A stretch of DNA of 64,000 nt, taken from positions 64,001 to 128,000 of IMG/VR virus record IMGVR_UViG_3300028591_000081; one strand, given 5' to 3'. Source of the DNA: a virus. Its lineage: Duplodnaviria > Caudoviricetes. Made by a program: the position numbers and the translations under genes. Below, piece after piece: positions 55,831-63,601 of the stretch. The notes under the pieces were generated by a model. The model did no database searches. It had not been told where the DNA came from and was given only the letters and a program-made list of their open reading frames with translations. Within the stretch, counting starts at the first letter, position 1. Each line of letters starts with the position of its first letter.

Positions 55831-57063
55831 ATGATACACACAAACATTCGACGTAATGAAGCTAAGGCAGATCCTAAGAAATCTTTGTACGAATGGCTGA
55901 AATCAGGGGCCACTACTCGTAAACTTAGAGAACTTCTTCCTCAAGACTTTAAGATCGAACGCAATCGTTCTGCACAGTTTATGATGACCGCTGAGTGCGT
56001 GGCATGGTTTCAGGACGATTCCAAAAGGAATTCGATGCCGAGGGTGAACGGGGCCATCCATGTGTATAGCACAAACAGCGGGATGTGTTTCATCAGAGGA
56101 CGGCTCGACGGCATATTCATCGGTCGCGTGGATCAGGGTTCTATGGACGAGGCTCTTTCATCGTCATTTCAAGGAACCACTGGTCAAGTCCATATCGAAG
56201 GCGATGTCGTGTATCCTGCCATCCGTGGGGATAAGTGGTATCGAGACAACATCAATATCGTCCACAACCTTGATGAACAGGCCATGCTGAGTGTTTCCGA
56301 ATGCGCCTCATACATTGACACGCAGGTCGGTGCAATGGTGGATGAGATGTCCGCAGAGGTGCGTAAGTTCATGTCAGAGTACAAAGACTTCACCTTCCCT
56401 TATAAGCCGGGCACGTTCAGTAAGATTAACTCACCCTTCAAATCCCTTCCAAACTGTTCCGAAGCTCTGTCGGATATTCAGAAGATTCAGGTTGCCGTTG
56501 AAGCCGCCAAGAGTGAGGCTGATCGCATGTACAACGGAAAGGATCTCTTCGGTGGTGAGTACAAAATCGACATCAACGGGGTCACTAAACCAGTGGATGT
56601 CTTGCGCACCGTATTACAGGGCCTCGACGGGGAAGTCCATGATGTAAGCAAGGAACGACCATTATTTGAGAGGTATGTCCAGAGTACAGACAAGCTCTGT
56701 GAAGCTCTGGCCGGACTTTGGAACGGGATTGTAAAACTGGACAAACAGTTGAACAACTTCATCGGAAGTCCTTCGAAGAAGGAGGTCAACCTGACTTTAT
56801 CAGCCGACGATGTGGAAGACCTGATTGATGACTTCGATGATGACCAGCTCATGGATGCCGTCAAAGGTATGAATCTGATGCAGGAGTGCGGTCGTTTGTG
56901 TGTTGGTGTTATCGAGAAGCTGTTTGTGGAAAGTTACTTCATCACAGCGGAGGAAGCAGAGGAACTTCTTGAAATCTCGCCTGATGATCTCGATGCTGGT
57001 GATGTGAAAGCCACATACTCAGTACACTATCCGAAGTTCGTTGAGATCCATGTCAACGACTAG
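55831..57063 (+). CDS. hypothetical protein with leader MIHTNIRRNE (internal virion protein candidate)
   Basis: AAGGAG RBS before ATG 55831; TATCAAA upstream. Confidence 0.65.
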   Translation: MIHTNIRRNEAKADPKKSLYEWLKSGATTRKLRELLPQDFKIERNRSAQFMMTAECVAWFQDDSKRNSMPRVNGAIHVYSTNSGMCFIRGRLDGIFIGRVDQGSMDEALSSSFQGTTGQVHIEGDVVYPAIRGDKWYRDNINIVHNLDEQAMLSVSECASYIDTQVGAMVDEMSAEVRKFMSEYKDFTFPYKPGTFSKINSPFKSLPNCSEALSDIQKIQVAVEAAKSEADRMYNGKDLFGGEYKIDINGVTKPVDVLRTVLQGLDGEVHDVSKERPLFERYVQSTDKLCEALAGLWNGIVKLDKQLNNFIGSPSKKEVNLTLSADDVEDLIDDFDDDQLMDAVKGMNLMQECGRLCVGVIEKLFVESYFITAEEAEELLEISPDDLDAGDVKATYSVHYPKFVEIHVND

Positions 57064-57111
57064 ATCTGTGGTCTTACACAGTACGAGGTTTTGCGGCTCG
57101 CGGTTCGTATC

Positions 57112-57143
57112 AAACCCAGAGAGGCTTCTCTGGGTTTCTTTTT
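57112..57143 (+). terminator. intrinsic terminator, overlapped by TATCAAA (57108-57114)
   Basis: aaacccagaga / tctctgggttt plus T tract. Confidence 0.8.
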
Positions 57144-57157
57144 AGCTTGGCAAGATT

Positions 57158-57445
57158 ATGGAAAACGACAACGACCGTGTATGCAGTTTCTGCGTTGGAG
57201 ATGTGATCACCCTTACACCCTACAATGATTTATCAGGCCCTATCACGACAGGGAAACCTGAGTCTTTCCGCATCGACGAAAGAAAGGGTAAGTTCGTCAC
57301 GCTCATCAATGAAGAGACGGGCAAAAGGATTATGACAAAGGTTTCAGAGGTGTCCATACCAAAGTCTGAAGGGATTGGGCCTCAGGGCTATTGTCCATTT
57401 TTTGCTTACCAGCTTCATCAAGAAGACGAGTCTCATATTTGTTAG
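57158..57445 (+). CDS. hypothetical protein
   Basis: 95 aa ORF; weak RBS. Confidence 0.5.
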   Translation: MENDNDRVCSFCVGDVITLTPYNDLSGPITTGKPESFRIDERKGKFVTLINEETGKRIMTKVSEVSIPKSEGIGPQGYCPFFAYQLHQEDESHIC

Positions 57446-57474
57446 TTACTGTGTAAGACGATGCAGGAGTCCAC

Positions 57475-57957
57475 ATGGGTATGTTTACGTCCTTACTGCC
57501 TACGGAGAACGAACGGCAGTTGCAGATAAATCTGATTGACGAGGCCATGCGTCTGTACGGATTCGAGGCTGTCTTGATCGATGTGGATTCCGTGTCCATG
57601 TATGCTGACAATCACAAGCTGTCCGGGCGTGAGTATCACATCCATGTCCTCTTCAACAGTCATCCCGACCGCCGTTTGCTGGCCAACCTCCGTTTCAATC
57701 ATCTGGAGAAGAATGACTCTCCAATCATTGTGTACATACCCTTCCAGTTTGGCGACCGCAAATTGAACATCGTTAAAGATCAAGTGCTGTGCATCAACGA
57801 TGATGACTGGAGAATTACGGCTGTCAATGACACATACCTCATAGGGCTGTGGTATGTATGTACAGTGGTTCCGTTTATTCGTGAGGAAGAACGACCGAGG
57901 GAGAAGGCTCGACATCAGACGCAGTTCTTCAATCCCGGGGAAGTTGAGTTTACCTGA
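57475..57957 (+). CDS. neck / head-closure-like protein (T4 gp14-like)
   Basis: IDEAMRLYGFEA N-terminal pattern; AGGAG RBS. Confidence 0.5.
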   Translation: MGMFTSLLPTENERQLQINLIDEAMRLYGFEAVLIDVDSVSMYADNHKLSGREYHIHVLFNSHPDRRLLANLRFNHLEKNDSPIIVYIPFQFGDRKLNIVKDQVLCINDDDWRITAVNDTYLIGLWYVCTVVPFIREEERPREKARHQTQFFNPGEVEFT

Positions 57958-57963
57958 TCTATT

Positions 57964-58006
57964 TGTGGTGCTGAATCCTTCACCTATGAAATTTGTGTGG
58001 TATGAA
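57964..58006 (+). promoter_or_regulatory. GGTGCTG-box promoter
   Basis: TGTGGTGCTG-N24-TG-G-TATGAA. Confidence 0.75.
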
Positions 58007-58044
58007 AGGGCTGTCGCATGAAAGTGTGACAGCCCTTTTCTTTT
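58005..58044 (+). terminator. terminator-like hairpin overlapping the predicted transcription start
   Basis: aaagggctgtcgca / tgtgacagcccttt plus T tract. Confidence 0.7.
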
Positions 58045-58055
58045 ATAGGTGGTTT

Positions 58056-58553
58056 ATGTGCAAAGACACCGACACAAAATATTCGGAAAAATTCATGGAG
58101 TGGGTCATAGACCGCCTTGTCCCATTCCATGTCCTGCTAAAATCTGATGCGTGTATTCATTCTGAAGACCCTTATTTTCCAGTAGACGAGGGGACGTGTT
58201 TCTGCCCGTTCCATGATAATTCCAACACCAAGGCCGCGAAGTTGTATTCAGGGAATGGCACAGGACAAACTCTTTACTGTTTTGCTGAACAACGGATGTT
58301 TCGTCCTCACCATCTGCTGAGTAAGGGAATCGTGGAGATACGACTTGATAAGCTGTTTGAGAACATTTGGGGTCAAATAGACCCTGCCATACAGGCGAAA
58401 CTGGTTGCTGAGAGTGGGGAAAATTCAAACGCCATACCGACATTGAAAGACTACTCCACACTTTATGAGAAGTACCATAACGGAGAAATTACGCTTGAAT
58501 CCGTGGCCTTTGGAATGCTGGATTCAGGTTCATTTGAAGACAAAAAACCTTAG
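58056..58553 (+). CDS. stand-alone primase-type (CHC2-like) Zn-finger protein
   Basis: CPFHD...LYCFAE; no TOPRIM domain in the ORF. Confidence 0.7.
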   Translation: MCKDTDTKYSEKFMEWVIDRLVPFHVLLKSDACIHSEDPYFPVDEGTCFCPFHDNSNTKAAKLYSGNGTGQTLYCFAEQRMFRPHHLLSKGIVEIRLDKLFENIWGQIDPAIQAKLVAESGENSNAIPTLKDYSTLYEKYHNGEITLESVAFGMLDSGSFEDKKP

Positions 58554-58564
58554 GAGAAAAAGAC

Positions 58565-59677
58565 ATGTGCAGTCCCGCAATCGTTGAGAAAATCATCAAT
58601 TTCCGCACTACCTTTGGAGATAAGGTCATTTCGTTAGACCTGTTTGATGCTGACTTCGACTTCGAGCGATTTACCTTGTGGCTTTCCTTGGATGACATCA
58701 GTACCCTCTGCGGCACTCCGGTATCTTTTCTAAAAGCATCTCGTGTGTTCAATTCTGGTATCTACAACAAAGACTGTGTGAGATACGACAATAACGGCAC
58801 CAAGTATGATCTCTCTGTGGCCATGTCGCTTCTGTATGAGTACACGCCTAAAGTTGGAGTGGAGTTCTTCCAATTCATTCTTCCGGTTATGTGTAAGTTC
58901 TACATGGAACAGATGACCAAGTTCGACTTCCAGATCAGTCAACTCCCTGTGAAACTGACCCAGTTCGGAATCAATTTGAAGGGAGTTGACTCCAGATCAA
59001 AGGATCTTGAGAGTAAAGTACACAGCCTCAGCGAACAGGTGAAATCTCTTCAGTCGGCCTTCCTTCATCTCAAAAACCCACAGACTTTATCCAACAAGAC
59101 CTGCTCCGACATGGTTTCTTCCACAAGTTTGGACAGCAGTATCTTCAAGGATGACCATGTAAATCCTTCCGATTTCTTTACCATTCCAGAATTTATGGCT
59201 ATGCCCAGCTTCCAGAAGTTGTTTTCTCTGAACAATGCGTATTCAGAGAGATCAAAACTTATGACCATGTTCAAGAGTGTGCTTACTAAGCAAGCGAACA
59301 ATCAGGTTCGTGGGGAAATCGCAAAGGCATTCAACATCTCATTCTATGATGCCAAAACCTTGTTGGACAAAATCCTGACCTCATGGAAGTCTCCGAACCC
59401 AGAGAAGTTGTCCGATATTTGTAGTCAGCATCGGGCAGACACCCTGCTCACAATGTTCCGTTATGGTACGCATTATCAGTTCAGCACTCAGAATGGCGTG
59501 CAATGGAACGTGTTATTGAAGTACCCTTACAAATTTCTTGTGAAGGTCGTATGTACTGCATTGGATCGTGAAGATTTGAATGAGATTATAGAGGTGATGG
59601 ATAACATGGGGTTGCTTGAGAATCACGATATGTTCAAGAAATATCAGGATGACGCGCAAAATGAAAATTACGTCTAG
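58565..59677 (+). CDS. DNA-binding protein with RhuM/Bro-N-like N-terminus and coiled coil
   Basis: TLWLSLDDISTLCG...YDLSVAMSLLY...VEFFQFI resembles RhuM-type domains. Confidence 0.5.
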   Translation: MCSPAIVEKIINFRTTFGDKVISLDLFDADFDFERFTLWLSLDDISTLCGTPVSFLKASRVFNSGIYNKDCVRYDNNGTKYDLSVAMSLLYEYTPKVGVEFFQFILPVMCKFYMEQMTKFDFQISQLPVKLTQFGINLKGVDSRSKDLESKVHSLSEQVKSLQSAFLHLKNPQTLSNKTCSDMVSSTSLDSSIFKDDHVNPSDFFTIPEFMAMPSFQKLFSLNNAYSERSKLMTMFKSVLTKQANNQVRGEIAKAFNISFYDAKTLLDKILTSWKSPNPEKLSDICSQHRADTLLTMFRYGTHYQFSTQNGVQWNVLLKYPYKFLVKVVCTALDREDLNEIIEVMDNMGLLENHDMFKKYQDDAQNENYV

Positions 59678-59932
59678 CCTGAAGCCCTTGCATATATGCA
59701 GGATGATCCTGTGTTCGAACTGTTCTTTGAGTTCCTGTGTCATATAGAATTTGCCCGGCAGAGCATGTCGGGATTATGAGGTGGAGACAGGTTTGGTCAA
59801 TAGACGCTAATAACGGTGAGATCTTTTCTGTCGATGAAACCTTACTCCGTGAAACAGGCTGGAGGATTCATAAGTCATCAAATTTTCGATTCTGGTGATG
59901 AAGAATTGGCCAGCCTTGTGGGAAGGCTTGGT

Positions 59933-60126
59933 GTCCTCCCCACATATACTGAGATGCTACTACGTGGAGTGGATGAGGTTTGCGATCTCAAGTCCTACCC
60001 ACATATACGGAGATGCTACTAGGTCGTGTGTATGAGGTCTGCGATCTCAATCTTCCCCCCATATACGGAGATGCTACCCCCCTGACTCAAACGTCGGAGT
60101 CCTCCCCCCATATACGGAGATGCTAC
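59933..60126 (+). CRISPR. CRISPR-like mini-array: four 28-nt repeats and three spacers; no cas genes in window
   Basis: Repeats at 59933, 59992, 60050 and 60099 (consensus GTCCTCCCCMCATATACGGAGATGCTAC); spacers 31, 30 and 21 nt. The repeats are certain; CRISPR identity is inferred from similarity to type I-E repeats. Confidence 0.5.
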
Positions 60127-60129
60127 TTT

Positions 60130-61257
60130 ATGCCAAACGAATCAGAAACAAACTTCGCTGATCTGCTCACGTCAATGACGGTCAGTGTGCCAGTAAAACG
60201 TCTTCCTTCCAATCCGTCCAAGAAAGTGACTACACAGGAGCCAAAGTTCCAGTCCGTATTTTCAGACAGATTTCAAGAGAGGTGTTCGTTCATTCTCGAT
60301 CTGTCCTATCTGTTGTATTACGGACATTTCCGTGGCAACGAACAACCATGGGTGGATACCCAATGGGTAGCTGACGTTGTTTTGAAATTGCTCAGTTCCG
60401 GGCATGAGGTGTTTATCGCTGTGGACGGAAGACCTGTTCGTAAACAGATAAACGCTTCCTATAAAGCCAATCGAATCCATACATACAACATCAAGGAGAA
60501 CATGCCACCGCTTCTGTTCAATCTGAACATGTGTCGGCGCGTCCATATTCATTACAATCCGTGTCTTGAGGCTGACGACATCATCTTCTCTCTCAACAGT
60601 CGTATGAGTGGGCAGAAGGTGATTGTGTCGAGCGATAATGACATGCTTCAGTGTCTTGGTAGTGATACAGTCATTGATACAGGGAAAGTCATTATCGACG
60701 CTCTGTCCTACCTTGACTATTTCAAAGAGAAGTTCCAAGGGGTTCCGATTCAGAAGCTACCCATGTACCGTTCCATCACGGGTGACGCTTCTGACAATAT
60801 GAGGCCCCCAGTATCGCGGTTCCCACATGCCTTGGCCGCGAAATTCGTGAAAGAGCTGGAGTTCGATTACTGGGATACAAAGTTCCCTGAAAGAGGTCTT
60901 ATCGTTGAGACTGTCTCGAAACTTGAAACTGAAAATAAGGTCTCTAAAACTGAGATGGCGTGGCTGAATAAACTGCTGGATGAGACCCTCCCCAAACAAA
61001 AGGAACTTACTCCTGAGGAAGAGGCCATGATTCCGTCAGATCTTCTCCCCTCTTCAGAAACCTCTTCATCCTACGACAAGTGGAAGCTCAATTATGAACT
61101 AATGAGGCTTCACGCCTACACGATGGACGAAATTTCGTATGAGCCAGACATGCATTATGAGGAACTTCCCGTAGGGTTGGTGACTCAGTTTAACAAGATC
61201 CTACGCGCTGATGCACAGTATGAACCATTACCATTGGAATGGAGGACTGACGAATGA
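60130..61257 (+). CDS. 5'-3' exonuclease / flap endonuclease (Pol I N-terminal, T4 RNase H-like)
   Basis: ILDLS, AVDG, YKANR, LEADDII, SSDNDMLQ, GDASDN; the GGAG RBS comes from the last repeat. Confidence 0.9.
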   Translation: MPNESETNFADLLTSMTVSVPVKRLPSNPSKKVTTQEPKFQSVFSDRFQERCSFILDLSYLLYYGHFRGNEQPWVDTQWVADVVLKLLSSGHEVFIAVDGRPVRKQINASYKANRIHTYNIKENMPPLLFNLNMCRRVHIHYNPCLEADDIIFSLNSRMSGQKVIVSSDNDMLQCLGSDTVIDTGKVIIDALSYLDYFKEKFQGVPIQKLPMYRSITGDASDNMRPPVSRFPHALAAKFVKELEFDYWDTKFPERGLIVETVSKLETENKVSKTEMAWLNKLLDETLPKQKELTPEEEAMIPSDLLPSSETSSSYDKWKLNYELMRLHAYTMDEISYEPDMHYEELPVGLVTQFNKILRADAQYEPLPLEWRTDE

Positions 61258-61685
61258 ACACACAATGGGATGACCTGATGGATGAGTGCATTGAAGTCTG
61301 TTCCGAACGAGATGCCAAGCATTACTTCAAGGCCGTTGAAAGTCTTGCAAAGGTTTTGGACTTGATTTGCGATACCGGAAAAGAGTTCGATGCCGCCGAA
61401 GCCTACAAGATCTGGTGCAGGACTGAAGACGATGTTGATAAGTCCATTGCTGAAATACAAAGAACCTACGGTGACGAGGTAGACGATTTCCCAGAAATCG
61501 GGCTGAAGTACTTCGGACATGACCATATTCTTGCCGTTGGAGTGTATGACCGTGGCAACTTCGATGTCGTATCCGGATGGGAATTCCGTCAGGCGCGGTC
61601 TCTTAAACTTCAGCATGACCGCTACACCAGAAAGCCATACACTGACGAAAGCACAAGGATTTACAGGTCTTGTGGTGCTGATTGA
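61254..61685 (+). CDS. hypothetical protein
   Basis: GGAGG RBS; ATGA overlap with the upstream gene. Confidence 0.65.
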   Translation: MNTQWDDLMDECIEVCSERDAKHYFKAVESLAKVLDLICDTGKEFDAAEAYKIWCRTEDDVDKSIAEIQRTYGDEVDDFPEIGLKYFGHDHILAVGVYDRGNFDVVSGWEFRQARSLKLQHDRYTRKPYTDESTRIYRSCGAD

Positions 61686-61712
61686 CCTTTAGTCAAATTC
61701 ACGTGATACACT
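61671..61712 (+). promoter_or_regulatory. GGTGCTG-box promoter
   Basis: TGTGGTGCTG-N23-TG-A-TACACT. Confidence 0.78.
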
Positions 61713-61748
61713 CTCCATAACGAGGAACGGCAATCACGCCGACTCATT

Positions 61749-61982
61749 ATGGAGAGTGTTATGAGCCAGAACAACAACGAATCTTTGATGGATAAAATTC
61801 TTTCCTGCTGTGGGAATACTTCAGAAGAGTGGACACGAGGGGATGCTATCGGCCTGACGGTATGTTTCGTCATTGCGATTATAGGTCTTCTGGTTGCTCT
61901 ACCCTTACGTCTGTCCGAAATGCAGTCTTACAGCATTCAGAATCAGGATAGTATCGTTGTTGAAGAGGCCATGACGAAATGA
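61749..61982 (+). CDS. small single-TM membrane protein
   Basis: Hydrophobic segment AIGLTVCFVIAIIGLLVALPL. Confidence 0.6.
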   Translation: MESVMSQNNNESLMDKILSCCGNTSEEWTRGDAIGLTVCFVIAIIGLLVALPLRLSEMQSYSIQNQDSIVVEEAMTK

Positions 61983-62800
61983 CATTCCCTATCGCAGACA
62001 CTTACGAGAACCTTACCTATGGGTTTGAATTTGAGTTCATAGGGGGTAGTGATCCTGAATCCCTGAGACACTTTGAACACGCTATGCATCACCTGAACGT
62101 TCCTTATCAGTTTACGGGTAAATACGGACAGAATGAGGACGACGCATGGGTGCTTGGGGCTGACGGTTCGGTTGGAGACTTTGACACGGAAAAGACACTT
62201 GGTGGAAAGTTCGGATTTGAGCTGGTGAGTCCAGTATTAACCTTGAAGGACTTCCCGGTTCTTGGGAAAGTACTGGACGCCGTGAAGTCTTGTCTGTCCG
62301 GGTACGTCAATGACACTTGTGGAACGCACGTCCATGTTGGAGGACTTTCATTCATGCGTCGCGGCGATTATACCGGGAATGAGTCCTTCACCCGTGGCAA
62401 CTGTGCAGTATGGCTTTTCTCGAAACTGCAACCCTATCTGTGGAATCCTCTCGTACACATCAATCGGGCCAACAATAAGTATTGTGCGCGATATGAGGAA
62501 GGTTCCTACGAGACCGATAAGTACCTAGCTTTGTCCAGCTCTGGGTTTATGACGCATGTCAAACATCCTACAATGGAGTGTCGGTTGCATCACGGTACGT
62601 TGGACGTTGAGGAAATTACCGAGTGGGCGCAGGTGATTAGCAGATTCTTGTGGTTCTGCTTTCACGAGAACCCTTGTGTTCATCTCGACATTTCTGAAAG
62701 TCCTGATCGAATAGCATCCTCACTTCTGTCTCAGTTTCATGTACCTGAAACACTTTCAAAACGCTTGCTCAATCGCATTGGAGAACATCATGGAGAGTAA
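61979..62800 (+). CDS. putative amidoligase (COOH-NH2 ligase, Amidoligase_2)
   Basis: TYGFEFEF, DGSV, FELVSPVL, CGTHVHVG, TMECRLHHGTLD. Confidence 0.85.
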   Translation: MTFPIADTYENLTYGFEFEFIGGSDPESLRHFEHAMHHLNVPYQFTGKYGQNEDDAWVLGADGSVGDFDTEKTLGGKFGFELVSPVLTLKDFPVLGKVLDAVKSCLSGYVNDTCGTHVHVGGLSFMRRGDYTGNESFTRGNCAVWLFSKLQPYLWNPLVHINRANNKYCARYEEGSYETDKYLALSSSGFMTHVKHPTMECRLHHGTLDVEEITEWAQVISRFLWFCFHENPCVHLDISESPDRIASSLLSQFHVPETLSKRLLNRIGEHHGE

Positions 62801-63227
62801 CACTCAAGAAATTGCCACCCATATCGGTTTTATGTTGGATCGTTTTGCATCTCGCTTCGTAGAAAAGTTGCCTACGACTCTTACGCGTGAGAATACTCCA
62901 TTATTTCTAAGAGCTTTGGAGGACATCGAAACCCTTACCAAAGCTGGATATGAAACGGCCAAGAAGGCTGGAGACGCTGTTCTGGACTGCGGGGCCGAAC
63001 GTATGCTAGTTCCTTTTCACCATCTCACATGGGAATGGTGCAATGCCTATACCAGTGACTTCACATGGGAAGCCTTCTTGGATGCGATGATTGAATCTGG
63101 CGACACTACGGTGAGGGTTCAGAACAAAACCTTTGAGGAATGTGGAGATTCTTCAAAGTGCATACGGATATTCTTTGGGGATGGTTCGAGAGACAACGCG
63201 TGTGCCGAATATGGCTTTCCTGATTGA
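62790..63227 (+). CDS. hypothetical protein
   Basis: GGAG RBS before ATG 62790. Confidence 0.6.
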   Translation: MESNTQEIATHIGFMLDRFASRFVEKLPTTLTRENTPLFLRALEDIETLTKAGYETAKKAGDAVLDCGAERMLVPFHHLTWEWCNAYTSDFTWEAFLDAMIESGDTTVRVQNKTFEECGDSSKCIRIFFGDGSRDNACAEYGFPD

Positions 63228-63234
63228 GGTGGGT

Positions 63235-63582
63235 ATGTCGAATTTACCGAATATCCTAGACATTATGTCATGGGATACTCATCAAGCCTTGGAACATGGA
63301 CGTGGTTATCAAGCTGGCCGTGAAGACGTATTCCACAGCAGGATACCCATGACATTTACAAGGGAACATTCCAGAACTTTTCGTCTTGGGTACTGTCAAG
63401 GATGGGCGGAAGAAAAGACAAGCACTCTCATGGACAGACTACCAAAGATGATTTGCGGGCAGAGTACCGCTTATGCTAGTGCCTTGGCCGAGTCTGAGTT
63501 TGTCAAGATTTGGGAAGAAACCTCTAAACTTGCAGAATGTTCGGACGATGAGGTCACGGACTACGAGGTCACGGACTACTGA
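63235..63582 (+). CDS. hypothetical protein
   Basis: GAGGT RBS before ATG 63235; two GYxxG repeats. Confidence 0.6.
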   Translation: MSNLPNILDIMSWDTHQALEHGRGYQAGREDVFHSRIPMTFTREHSRTFRLGYCQGWAEEKTSTLMDRLPKMICGQSTAYASALAESEFVKIWEETSKLAECSDDEVTDYEVTDY

Positions 63583-63601
63583 TAAAGGAGAAAAGACACT
63601 C

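Noticed and set aside
59816-60129. ORF 59816..60022 and the 50-aa N-terminal extension of the exonuclease ORF
   Set aside because: Both are translations of the repeat array in different frames; ATG 60130 has a proper RBS.
63550-63579. 15-bp tandem duplication GAGGTCACGGACTAC x2
   Set aside because: In-frame slippage at a gene end (EVTDY twice); no sign of function.
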